Of a stretch of 64,000 nucleotides of DNA, positions 21,136 to 30,996 are shown one piece after another (position 1 is the first letter of the stretch; each line of letters begins with the position of its first letter). A program made the position numbers and the translations under genes. The stretch is from Methanobacteriota archaeon (GTDB lineage: Archaea > Thermoplasmatota > E2 > DHVEG-1), in NCBI GenBank assembly GCA_963769885.1, contig CAVYNH010000004.1:64001-128000 (forward strand), written 5' to 3'. A model generated the notes under the pieces. The model searched no databases and was not told the DNA's origin. It saw nothing but the letters and a program-made list of their open reading frames with translations.

Positions 21136-22269
21136 ATGCCGATTAAGTTTCTACATACGGCTGACTGGCAAATGGGTATGAAAGCTCTTCAAGCTGGCGA
21201 GAAAGCAAAGGAGGTTCGTGTTAAGCGTTTTGAGACAGCGAAGCGAGTTATTGAATTGGCAAAAAATGAATCTGTTGATTTTGTCATTCTTGCTGGTGAT
21301 TTATTTGAGCATCATGATATTGATGAATTAGTTGTCCGGAAAACAGTGGATATTCTGAACAACTTCAATCCCATTCCAGTCTTTATACTGCCAGGTAATC
21401 ATGATCCTCTTGTTTCCGGCGGCATCTGGGATCGGCATAGCTGGCAGCAAGTTAAAGGTCATATTACACTACTTCGAGAGGCTAAAGAAACCTTGGTCTC
21501 GGATCAGGTCGTCATTTATCCTTCGCCATTATCCCAGAAACAAAGTTCGACCGATCCGACAGAATGGATTCCAACCAGAACTCCTGGCGATAATCGTATT
21601 AGGATTGGGATCGCGCACGGTTCTTTAAACATATTACCTGAGCGTACCAACTTTCCTATTGCAGCTGACCGTGCGGATAAATGTTCATTGGATTGTTTGG
21701 CTCTTGGAGATTGGCACAGTTTCCTACAACATGGTCGGACTGTCTATCCTGGTACTATGGAGCAGACAAGCTTCACCGAAAAAGATTCGGGAAACGTTGC
21801 AATAGTAGAGATTAAGAAAGTGGGTAATGAGCCGATTGTTTTTAAAAAACATATTGGACAATTCCTTTGGAGCGAGCATCAACCAACTATTCAGGACAAA
21901 ACCGATGTTGATGGTTTTCGTGCCTTACTCTTGAAACAAGCATCGCTTTCCAACCAACTACTTAGGATAGCACCGATAATCACTCCAGAAGCCTCTTCAG
22001 ACGCTATATCCGAACTAAAAATACTTCGAGATGAGCTGTTTGAAGAATCATTCTTTCTCAACTGGCCAGATGAAATGTTTAATACCACCCTTGATACCTC
22101 AGCGCCCTTACCGGACGGACTACTATCTAATGTGGATATTGACTTCGCAAACATTCTCAATCACCGGATTCCAGATGGACCTGGCCAGGAGTTCGCATCA
22201 GCTGACTTAACAGTGGTCCTTGAGGCACGAACTCTTCTCAGACGAATTGCAAAAGAGGGGGCAAAATGA
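21136..22269 (+). CDS. Mre11/SbcD (YhaO-like) metallophosphoesterase nuclease
   Basis: HTADWQ, AGDLFE, PGNHD, AHG, ALGDWH motifs. Confidence 0.9.
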   Translation: MPIKFLHTADWQMGMKALQAGEKAKEVRVKRFETAKRVIELAKNESVDFVILAGDLFEHHDIDELVVRKTVDILNNFNPIPVFILPGNHDPLVSGGIWDRHSWQQVKGHITLLREAKETLVSDQVVIYPSPLSQKQSSTDPTEWIPTRTPGDNRIRIGIAHGSLNILPERTNFPIAADRADKCSLDCLALGDWHSFLQHGRTVYPGTMEQTSFTEKDSGNVAIVEIKKVGNEPIVFKKHIGQFLWSEHQPTIQDKTDVDGFRALLLKQASLSNQLLRIAPIITPEASSDAISELKILRDELFEESFFLNWPDEMFNTTLDTSAPLPDGLLSNVDIDFANILNHRIPDGPGQEFASADLTVVLEARTLLRRIAKEGAK

Positions 22270-24956
22270 TTCTCGAAGAAATCCAAGTAACTAACTGGCG
22301 AAAATTTCGTGAACCTCAGGCATTCAAATTCAAAGACGGAGTTAATTTATTAGTCGGCAGGAACGAAGCGGGTAAATCCACTCTCTTTGAAGCACTCACA
22401 AGGGCTTTTTTCGATCGATATAATTCCAAAAATGATGAAATCAAGGCTATGCAACCGATTGGGAGTTCTCTTGGGCCTGAAGTAAAAATCCAATTTCAAT
22501 CGAATGGTACTCGGTATATGAGCGTAAAACGGTTCATTCAAAACCCTCAAAGTCAATTATTTTCCGAACGAAATGGTAAATGGGAACTGAACCACGAAGG
22601 TGATAAAGCCGATGCATACATGCGCGAACTTCTGCAAGGAGAGACAGCACAAAGAACTGAGGCGAGACCTGAACACCGTGGTATCGCACAGGCCCTTTGG
22701 TACCTTCAAACAGATGGATCAATCCCAGTTACAGCCTGGAATGAGGGCGTCAAACAAGGTCTTCAAGGTCTAGTTAAGATTGCAGCAACTTCACCACGAG
22801 AAAGAAAAATTCTAGAAGGTATCGAAAAGGTATACAATGAGTACTGGACACCAAAAGGTCGTCTTACTTCAAATAGTGAATTAGCTAATCTTCAAGTAGA
22901 AATACCTATATTAGTAGAGAATTTGACAACGATTCGCGAAAAAGCTCGGATAGTAGATAGTTATAGAACTGACTTAGAGGAGTATTGTGATGAAGAATCC
23001 TTGAAAAAACTCGAACTTGGAAAAGCTGAAAATGAACTTATAGAACTAACCAAGCTCGTTCAAGCTGCAGAGATAGTAGAGAAAGAAAAGGAATCAAAAG
23101 AGAAGGCAAAGAAAGAGGCTTTTGAACGAAGACAAAAGCTCAAGCAGGATATCGAACAAATCCAAGGTCGACAGAGTAAGGTTATTGAGTTGAAAAACGA
23201 GTTTAAAAAATTAAATGAATCCTTAACCGAAATTGGAACAGATGCCAAATTAGAAGCAACTGCGAGCGAACGGCATGCTCGATGCTGGAAAGAAGAACTT
23301 GAACCTATCCTAAAGCATTTGGAAGACGAACTCCGCGCACTGCATGCTGTAGCAAATCTTAGAAAGCTGGAGAAAGAACAAGATCGTCTAAAGGAACATG
23401 GTCAAAAAATTATCCAAATCCGTTCCCAACTTGAAGACCGTAAAAAGGAACGTTCCGGAATATTATCTCCAGATATTCAGGAATGGAAAAAGTTCACAAA
23501 AGCCTCAGTTGACTTGAACATCGTAACAGCAAAGGTTGAGTCAAGTGCCGTTAGGGTAAAGTTTGAATGGGATGATACTAAGAAGAAAATCACGACTCGC
23601 CCCCCTCTCAAAGAATCGGGAAAGGGGGAGTTCATCGTTGCGGAGGCTACTGAGTTTATTGTCCAAGGAGTGGGCAAAATTCATATTCGCAGCGGGGCTC
23701 AAGACTTGAAGGATCTCCTATCTGAACAGGCTCAATTAAATCAAGACTTAGACAAAATACTACAACGATTTCATGTTAAAGATAAAGACGGCCTCGCGAC
23801 TCTGTATGAAAAGGGGCGCGATTTGGATCAAGCAATTACCAAATTAGATGAGAATCTTCAAGAAATAGAAAAAAGAGAACCTGATTGGGAAGAAGAGTTA
23901 TCACGCACTGAAAGAGGTATTGAAGAAGAAACTCGAGCAGCTGGAGAACTCGCCTCAGAAGCATTAAAGCAAGGAGGTCGTTCCATTAGGGAGCAAATTG
24001 CTAAAAAAGAAAGTGAAAAAGAAGGTCTAATAAGAAGAATTAAGGGGGAACAAGAACTTGCTGAAGCAGCAGGTAAAAAAAATTTGGATCTCCTGAAAAA
24101 GCAAGGAATCATATCCAGTACAATAGCAGAACGAAATGCGCAAATTGGGATGCATGAGGAAAACATCACTGAAATTCTACAAGCTTACGGGACTATTAAT
24201 CATCTCAAGGAACTGGTTATCAAAGCCGATGAGGAGCTTGCAATCGCTCAAACCTTATTAGAAGGGCTTCTCCAGGATTATGAAAAGAAGGTGGACACTC
24301 CCAGAAAACTCTATTCACAGTGCCAAGATCGGGTCAAGGAACTTGAAGGACAAATAAACGATTTGCGTACTAAGGTGATCTCCACAATGGCTCGTATCGA
24401 AGAATCCGCAGCCCAAGGTAACTATGGGCAACTGGCCGACTTGGAAATCGATGTTGAACAGAAAAGAAAGCGGGTTGAAGTCCTACAACGTCGTGCAAAT
24501 GGAGTAAAACTTTTACACGACATTGTGGCAATCCATGAAAAACAACGTTCCGCTGCTCTTTCAGGACCAGTCCAGGATCTTACAAATAGATGGCTTGGAC
24601 TTCTTACTGATAGCGATTATGATTTACTCCGTATTGATGAATTAATTAGGCCAGCAGGTGTTCACATGACTCGTTACAATGAGGATCTTCCATTGACAAG
24701 CCTTAGCTACGGCGCAAAAGAACAAATTATCGTGTTATTGCGACTTGCAATAGGTGTGCTTATAAGCAAGGATAGCCAGAATCTTGTAGTCATTGATGAT
24801 CATCTTGTTAATGCTGATCCGGTCCGTATGAAACGATTGTGCCTCATTCTTCAGGAAGCGTCTAAAACTTGCCAAATTATAATTGCAACATGCAATGGTA
24901 CGCCCTATGCAGGATTAAAAGCGCACTATGTAAGAGTCCCAGCAGATAAGACCTGA
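22266..24956 (+). CDS. Rad50/SbcC-like (YhaN-type) coiled-coil ABC ATPase
   Basis: GRNEAGKST, long coiled coil, LSYGAKEQ, IDDHLVNAD; ATGA overlap with the nuclease gene; no CxxC zinc hook seen. Confidence 0.85.
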   Translation: MILEEIQVTNWRKFREPQAFKFKDGVNLLVGRNEAGKSTLFEALTRAFFDRYNSKNDEIKAMQPIGSSLGPEVKIQFQSNGTRYMSVKRFIQNPQSQLFSERNGKWELNHEGDKADAYMRELLQGETAQRTEARPEHRGIAQALWYLQTDGSIPVTAWNEGVKQGLQGLVKIAATSPRERKILEGIEKVYNEYWTPKGRLTSNSELANLQVEIPILVENLTTIREKARIVDSYRTDLEEYCDEESLKKLELGKAENELIELTKLVQAAEIVEKEKESKEKAKKEAFERRQKLKQDIEQIQGRQSKVIELKNEFKKLNESLTEIGTDAKLEATASERHARCWKEELEPILKHLEDELRALHAVANLRKLEKEQDRLKEHGQKIIQIRSQLEDRKKERSGILSPDIQEWKKFTKASVDLNIVTAKVESSAVRVKFEWDDTKKKITTRPPLKESGKGEFIVAEATEFIVQGVGKIHIRSGAQDLKDLLSEQAQLNQDLDKILQRFHVKDKDGLATLYEKGRDLDQAITKLDENLQEIEKREPDWEEELSRTERGIEEETRAAGELASEALKQGGRSIREQIAKKESEKEGLIRRIKGEQELAEAAGKKNLDLLKKQGIISSTIAERNAQIGMHEENITEILQAYGTINHLKELVIKADEELAIAQTLLEGLLQDYEKKVDTPRKLYSQCQDRVKELEGQINDLRTKVISTMARIEESAAQGNYGQLADLEIDVEQKRKRVEVLQRRANGVKLLHDIVAIHEKQRSAALSGPVQDLTNRWLGLLTDSDYDLLRIDELIRPAGVHMTRYNEDLPLTSLSYGAKEQIIVLLRLAIGVLISKDSQNLVVIDDHLVNADPVRMKRLCLILQEASKTCQIIIATCNGTPYAGLKAHYVRVPADKT

Positions 24957-25068
24957 AAGCAATAAGTGAATTTCGAAATCGGAGAATTGGTAATGATTGC
25001 AAATAAGAAACGAACTGAAGCATTCCATTTGGAGAAAAAAGCGATAAGGACCGTAGAAGATTTAATAA

Positions 25069-25121
25069 TGAAATAGGGGCTTTGCCCTTATAATCCCTTC
25101 CGCCTTCGTTCCTTACATCTG
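25069..25121 (+). repeat. Repeat A copy 1, left half (interrupted by IS110)
   Basis: TGAAATAGGGGCTTTGCCCTTATAATCCCTTCCGCCTTCGTTCCTTACATCTG matches the 5' half of the intact copies. Confidence 0.9.
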
Positions 25122-25204
25122 ATGGCAGTAGAACCCTTTTTCTAAAGAGAATACTCAAGTGCTTCTTGCCATTAAAGCACTTGAATCTAAGGTGAGAACA
25201 CACT

Positions 25205-26182
25205 ATGGAAACACTCTATGGAGGCATAGACATCCACAAAGAAAAACTAGCAGGCTGCATCATGGACAAGGATGGAACCATCACCAGAGAACACACCTTT
25301 CCATCCTCAAGAAAGGCACTAGAACGCTTCCTCACCGGCATCCCCAACGCAGGCACAACCATCGCCATAGAAGCATGCGGAATGTGGAGAGGAACACACA
25401 AAATATTAACAGACATGGGGTACGACGTCAAACTGGCGAACCCGAAGAAAATCCATGATATCGCCTGTAAAAAGAAAACCGATCGAGCCGATGCCAAAAT
25501 CCTGACAGACCTCGTGAGGACGAAGTACCTCCCCGAGATCTGGATCCCAGACGAACACACCCTCAAGTTCAGGGATCTTACACGACACAAAGCCACCCTC
25601 ACACGACTCAAAACACAGATACAATGCAAGATCAAAAGCTACCAGCTCCGAAAAGGAGCACCATATAGCAAACACTGGAACAAAAACACCCTCGCAGCAC
25701 TCACCGAAGAAGAACCAGACATCCGAAACCTCATCACCATCTACACCACGATCACAGAAGAAGAAAAAGAAGTCATGAAAAGAATCAAACAACTTGCCCG
25801 ACAGAACAAAGAAACAACCCTGCTCATGACCATCCCAGGCATCGCCGAATTCTCCTCCCTCATGATCCTCGCCGAAATCGGCGACATCCACCGCTTCAAA
25901 ACACCCAAAGAACTCATCAGCTACGCAGGCCTCTACCCAGGCGTCTACCAATCCGCCACCACCGAACGAACTGTCCGAAACACCGCCGTGAACAAATGGC
26001 TGAAATGGATCATCTACGAATGCTCAGGACGAGCCATCACACTCGACCCACGATTCCAACACTCCTACTACCCAATCCAGAAACGAAAAGGACAACAGAC
26101 TGCACGACGATCCACCGCACGCAAAATGCTCACCATCATATGGTATATACTCACCAACCAAGAACCCTACAAAGCATCATAA
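25205..26182 (+). CDS. IS110/IS1111 DEDD recombinase (transposase)
   Basis: GIDIHK, IAIEA, KTDRADA, TIPGI...ILAEIGDIHRF...YAGLYP..YQS. Confidence 0.95.
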   Translation: METLYGGIDIHKEKLAGCIMDKDGTITREHTFPSSRKALERFLTGIPNAGTTIAIEACGMWRGTHKILTDMGYDVKLANPKKIHDIACKKKTDRADAKILTDLVRTKYLPEIWIPDEHTLKFRDLTRHKATLTRLKTQIQCKIKSYQLRKGAPYSKHWNKNTLAALTEEEPDIRNLITIYTTITEEEKEVMKRIKQLARQNKETTLLMTIPGIAEFSSLMILAEIGDIHRFKTPKELISYAGLYPGVYQSATTERTVRNTAVNKWLKWIIYECSGRAITLDPRFQHSYYPIQKRKGQQTARRSTARKMLTIIWYILTNQEPYKAS

Positions 26183-26199
26183 AAAAAAAGCATTCAGAG

Positions 26200-26380
26200 T
26201 CCTCTATCGGACAACAAATCATGGAGGGCAAGGGCACCCCCAAAGACCCGCTAAGCCAAACAACACACTAGCTGTCTGAGCTTCCTCATCTGATTTGGGG
26301 GCTCTTCAACCACTTGCCACAATGTGCCACACAGAACGATGTGAGCACCCAGGAATGCTTGTGGATTAAGCCCTTGCCAA
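26200..26380 (+). ncRNA. Predicted bridge/seek RNA of the IS1111 element (transcript ends approximate)
   Basis: Closing stem 26227-35/26370-78; target loop stem 26237-44/26294-301 with AAGACCCGC and TCATCTG; donor loop stem 26317-22/26359-64 with TGCCA and AGGAATG. Confidence 0.8.
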
Positions 26381-26446
26381 CAAAAAATATTAATCAAAAC
26401 GGAGGATACCAAAATAGCGAAACAGGAAAAAGAGTTCTAAGGAATG

Positions 26447-26500
26447 CGGGTCTTACGCTAATGCTTCAGACCGCGCAGTATTCCCGGCCGCTACGGATAA
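26447..26500 (+). repeat. Repeat A copy 1, right half
   Basis: CGGGTCTTACGCTAATGCTTCAGACCGCGCAGTATTCCCGGCCGCTA matches the 3' half of the intact copies. Confidence 0.9.
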
Positions 26501-26520
26501 AATCTTTTCAATTCAAAAAT

Positions 26521-27003
26521 TCACGTAGTTTTTTCTGGTAAAATTATTACTGTAGGGTTCCATCTAAGATATTCGCCACGATATTCAATATCTATTAACA
26601 TTGATGAGGTAATTAGTAAAGAAACAGCCCTCGGTTTTTTAAGAAAGTCTCTGTATGTTTTGGGATAAACATAGGGTACAATAATATCTCTTCCAGGACG
26701 AATTGACCATAAAAATCCAAATAGTTCTTTATTTTCGAATTTTGTTATGATTATACATAATTGTTCATTTTTCTTAACATTATAATTTGATATATTTATT
26801 AGGCATACATCAAGATAGTAGTGGTTGAAACTATGAGGCGTATGTAATAGATATTCGAAATAATACTTTGGAATTATATTTATACTACCGATTGAATTCG
26901 TAGATTTATAGAAGATGTAATGATTTGGTAATTTCAATTTATCAAGTATTTTTGATTTTATTGTTATTTCACAAGTTTCTTCATCCATTTTATCATTTAT
27001 CAT
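26521..27003 (-). CDS. Hypothetical protein co-transcribed with the SIR2-like gene
   Basis: 160-aa AT-rich ORF starting 5 bp after the SIR2-like stop. Confidence 0.65.
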   Translation of the reverse strand: MINDKMDEETCEITIKSKILDKLKLPNHYIFYKSTNSIGSINIIPKYYFEYLLHTPHSFNHYYLDVCLINISNYNVKKNEQLCIIITKFENKELFGFLWSIRPGRDIIVPYVYPKTYRDFLKKPRAVSLLITSSMLIDIEYRGEYLRWNPTVIILPEKTT

Positions 27004-27008
27004 AGTTG

Positions 27009-28142
27009 TTATCCCATTGATTCAAATAAGTCCATGAGTTGTAAATTTGATTTGAAACCGCCATTAATGAAGATTGGATCCTTTACTATTTTTGTATATC
27101 TTTTTTTTAACTCATTATCTATATTTTTATTTATAATAAATATTTCCTTGTTGTTATATTCATTTATATATTGAAATAATTTTTTAGCTTCTTTATCATA
27201 ATCTGGAAAGGAATATCCAATGATATAGATAATATCAGCAGTTCTAATTTCATTTAATGCTTTCTTCCATAATCTCTTTAGGGAAAAATGAATATCTTTA
27301 CAATTGGGTGGAACTATAAAATGTCTTGACCAATTTTTAACCTTACATATTGGACATATTTCCGCATCATCTGGAGTTAGAAATGGAGCAGGGTAATAAA
27401 AAATAGTTTTACAGTTATAGCATTCATATAATGATAACGAGCCATGTAGCTTTAATATTGGTATTTTGCCTTTGGTTGGGTATTCAACTGGAAGAAAGCT
27501 TAGAAGATTAGTAAACTCTTCTATGTTTGGATACTTAACTCTAAAGAAATTCTTAATTTCTCGATTGCTGTAACCTAAATTATAGTTCTTGAAATTATCT
27601 TTATTTAGCCCTAAATCTGGAGAGGTCGATGCTAGATCATAAAGCGTTCCTAAAGTATGTTCTAAAAATAGATCATGATTAAAGGAAATTATTGAATTAG
27701 ACCTGCCAGAAAAAATTTTATATATAAAGTTCATAAATGAATTATCAGGAATTTTACATAATATAACATCATCTGCTTTTAGTAATAATTTATGATAATA
27801 ATTAAGCAGTCTGTTTAACTCTTTCATATCTTTTTTCTTTTCAAGATACGTCATTAATTCTTCAAATTTTAAACCATATTTTAAAAAATATTCACATTCA
27901 GCTTTGAGTTTATCTATAGAATCCTCCCCAAAAAATGGTTTTGGACCGTCGGTGAGAGTAAAATTTGGTGGTGGTTTATAGAGACTAATTATAGGTGTTT
28001 CATCTAATAATGATTTTATTTCTAGTTCAATGTAATTCAAATAATCTATAGAAAGAACATCACTCACTGATGGATATCCAAAACCCTTTGAAGCTCCTGC
28101 ACCTAATATATATACACGCTTAATGCATTGTAATTTACTCAT
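27009..28142 (-). CDS. SIR2-like (SIR2_2) putative NADase with Zn ribbon
   Basis: ILGAGAS, SFNHD, LKLHGS, CxxC...CxxC, IIGYSFPDYD. Confidence 0.85.
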   Translation of the reverse strand: MSKLQCIKRVYILGAGASKGFGYPSVSDVLSIDYLNYIELEIKSLLDETPIISLYKPPPNFTLTDGPKPFFGEDSIDKLKAECEYFLKYGLKFEELMTYLEKKKDMKELNRLLNYYHKLLLKADDVILCKIPDNSFMNFIYKIFSGRSNSIISFNHDLFLEHTLGTLYDLASTSPDLGLNKDNFKNYNLGYSNREIKNFFRVKYPNIEEFTNLLSFLPVEYPTKGKIPILKLHGSLSLYECYNCKTIFYYPAPFLTPDDAEICPICKVKNWSRHFIVPPNCKDIHFSLKRLWKKALNEIRTADIIYIIGYSFPDYDKEAKKLFQYINEYNNKEIFIINKNIDNELKKRYTKIVKDPIFINGGFKSNLQLMDLFESMG

Positions 28143-28451
28143 ATTACATTCTCATAGTGATCTTGATTTGCACAATTTCAAATTATTGTGGCTCATGTCC
28201 GTGAATCATCGGACAGCATGAGAGTTTTAATACTTTGTTTCAGACAAATTGCTTTGACGAGAGTCATTCCTTGTACTTCGTTAGCTCAATTGATTATAAA
28301 GCTTTATGGTACATAGATGAATCGATGATTTACCTAAAGCCTGGAAGGTACATGGAAAAAAGAATCTTCCCTGCTGTAGGATTCATAGGTTATGTTGATA
28401 TTGTGAAGAATGAGCACAAAGAAGGATACAACAAGATATTCTTTAGATGAT

Positions 28452-29381
28452 TCACAATTCTTCAGGAAGTTCGGTGAACCCTCTGTAATTGAGTTGCTGT
28501 AGCCAGTCTTCTTTGTTCACCCCCAGTTTATAGAGTGCCTTGATTGATTCCCTAACAATAGATCGTAGTGCTAATAAGTCACCGTCCGTAATATTGCTAG
28601 TGCCTGTATGTACCAACTTTGACCTTTTTCGGTACAACTCTCTTACCTCTTTATGGATCACGCTTGATGGTTTTTCCTTGCCTCCTAATAGAGTCGCGAC
28701 ATTACGAGAAATCCTATACTGTAGTTCGCCCTCATCAGTTGGATGGAAGAGAGTTTCTAATGCCATCATCAAGGAAAGGAAGGAGAGGTGCTTTGTCTCC
28801 ACCCTGAATGTAATTTCATAGTTCTCGTGTGCTAACTCCAAGGCAGGATTCTGGAAGGGTAGTTTTGTTGTTGTAAGGAACTCATTCAATCCCGCAAGTT
28901 CCTGAGTATTAAGAGAGTACCTTTCATGAGTAAAAGGAGGAATAATTAAGGTTCTAACAAAGACAAATGGTTTATCTTCGGTCATAATATAGAAGCGATA
29001 TTCCGGCATACAGATATTGCCTTCCTTGTACAATCTCATTAATTTGAGAGTATCATTTAGATAACCATGTACAAGATTTTTCTCGCAATCATCGAATTCC
29101 TGTGATTGAGGAAATGATATGCCAGGTTCACGAAATCTCATTTCTTCCTTTAATGTCTTAGTAATAAAATAGATTCTTTTTTCTCTAGAATGCATTAGGT
29201 ATGTAAGAATCAGTTTCTCATTCATATCTGAATGAGTTGAACCTTCAAGTAATGAGAAAAAATTTATAGCCTTATCAAGCGGAAATGAACCAATCTTGAA
29301 GCCGTACTTTAGTTTGACATTCTTGATTGATGCATCGACATTAGTAAGCAAGCCAAGGAAGTGAGCCTTTACTCTTGTCAT
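28452..29381 (-). CDS. HEPN-domain protein (ApeA-like)
   Basis: LMMALETLF...LYRKRSKLVHTG carries the RxxxxH motif. Confidence 0.8.
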   Translation of the reverse strand: MTRVKAHFLGLLTNVDASIKNVKLKYGFKIGSFPLDKAINFFSLLEGSTHSDMNEKLILTYLMHSREKRIYFITKTLKEEMRFREPGISFPQSQEFDDCEKNLVHGYLNDTLKLMRLYKEGNICMPEYRFYIMTEDKPFVFVRTLIIPPFTHERYSLNTQELAGLNEFLTTTKLPFQNPALELAHENYEITFRVETKHLSFLSLMMALETLFHPTDEGELQYRISRNVATLLGGKEKPSSVIHKEVRELYRKRSKLVHTGTSNITDGDLLALRSIVRESIKALYKLGVNKEDWLQQLNYRGFTELPEEL

Positions 29382-29594
29382 AAATCACAGAGAGTAGTAG
29401 GTATTCATTTAATTAGGTTGAGGCTTAGAGTACTAGCCTCACGAAATGATGTACTGGAGAACTTTTGCACTTTTTTAAGCCCCCCCATAGATTTCAGATA
29501 GAAGAACACCGTTCCCGTCCGCAAGGATGGGATGCATGATGTTCTTCACAAAAGAAGTGGATACTTTTTGTAAGGCCCTTGAAGTCTTTGGGCT

Positions 29595-29852
29595 TTGGTA
29601 GCTTTCTGGTGTCAGTTGCGAAGGTGCGAGGTTATAGGGCTTAATATCGACGATATTCATTGCGAAGATAAGAAACTCAAACTACGACCAGATATAGTAA
29701 AAGGTGGAAGGCCAGCAACCATCAATATTTCCCAAGAAGCATTAGATATCCTGCAAGAATATCTTAACAACCATAGAGGAGAACCCATACCTTGCAATGA
29801 ACAGGCTCTCTTCCTACATAACGGTAGAAGGATATCAAAAACAACACTTTAG
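29595..29852 (+). pseudogene. Tyrosine recombinase fragment
   Basis: LRRCEVIGLNIDDI...VKGG...ALF; lacks the N-terminal domain and the HxxR/Y region. Confidence 0.75.
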
Positions 29853-30049
29853 GAGATCGCCATAGAATACTGAGCCATAACGGGCCAAGGTTGGTTCGGG
29901 ATGGGTCATATAACCTTGTAGACCCCAAGAAATTAAGCCATCGAAATTCCCTCTTTAAACAACGCACCATATTGTTACAGCAATATGGAAGAACGTCGTT
30001 CAAATGTGATACATAAAACTTATAGACCACCACTGCTTGAGTTTGATCA

Positions 30050-30601
30050 ATGGTCCTAAAAGCCTATGTGGTCGAGGAGATGAGACGACTACGACATGAG
30101 GAACATCTCTCGATCCGGGACATCGGGAAAACACTCCACATATCACCTACGACAGTAAGTAAGTATCTCCACGATAAAGACCAAGTGGCATCAAGATACA
30201 GGGAGAATTCACGGGTGCATACCAGTGAGCGGATAACGAAACAGGAGGAGATGTCAGCGGAAGATAAAATGTATACATTCCTTGAGAAGATGTATAAATT
30301 CGATTTACTCTGCCTTCGCTTACGTTTGGAAAGGAAACGATTGCAGGAACCGCCAGCCGCTGAACAACCCGTCGAGGAAAAAAAGTATCCCCTTGTTGTC
30401 GATGGAATACTTCTCCATCTGAATGCACATGATTTGCTTGAATGGAAGAAATATCAGTTAGAGAGGGAATCAGCTCGAGAAGAACGAGAGCTACGCATGA
30501 GGCGGACGATTTACGAAGAAGAGAACTGGGGAATGAGTAATGAAAAAAAGGATGAGGAAACATGGCGGAGGATGCTAGACAATGAGTTTGAAATGACCTA
30601 A
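30050..30601 (+). CDS. HTH-domain protein
   Basis: LSIRDIGKTLHISPTTVSKYL helix-turn-helix. Confidence 0.7.
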   Translation: MVLKAYVVEEMRRLRHEEHLSIRDIGKTLHISPTTVSKYLHDKDQVASRYRENSRVHTSERITKQEEMSAEDKMYTFLEKMYKFDLLCLRLRLERKRLQEPPAAEQPVEEKKYPLVVDGILLHLNAHDLLEWKKYQLERESAREERELRMRRTIYEEENWGMSNEKKDEETWRRMLDNEFEMT

Positions 30602-30996
30602 TATAATTGCCTTGGAACTACGTATGGTCTAAAGCACTAGACTCGTGGGCTGGTAATTATAATAAAAAAAACCTCTTTTCTTCTGAATAGCCTTCTCCCG
30701 TCGGGATACGTGAGCCACAGGTAAAAATCTCCTAGTTTGGATATATATGCCTTTATAAGCAACTACCCTGTGACTATGACCTTTAGGAGGGAACACTGAG
30801 CTAGAGTTAAATCCAACTATTGGCACACGCCAAGTTCTAAAGCAGGCACTTTAATTTCCATCATATACTGTCACTAATCTTAACTCTTTTTTTCGACCGC
30901 TCGGTTTATTCATCATGGAGGATATTGGTTTTTCTAAGGGCGAATGCGTGAATAAGAAAAGACCAGATAAAAGAATAAGATCCATGCCTGATTCTT

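Larger units (their letters stand above)
25122..26446 (+). mobile_element. Intact IS110-family element, IS1111 subgroup
   Basis: TG core at both junctions (25120-21 and 26445-46); sub-terminal IRs TAGAACCCTTTTTC (25129-42) and GAAAAAGAGTTCTA (26426-39), 13/14 match; removing the element restores repeat A. Confidence 0.92.
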
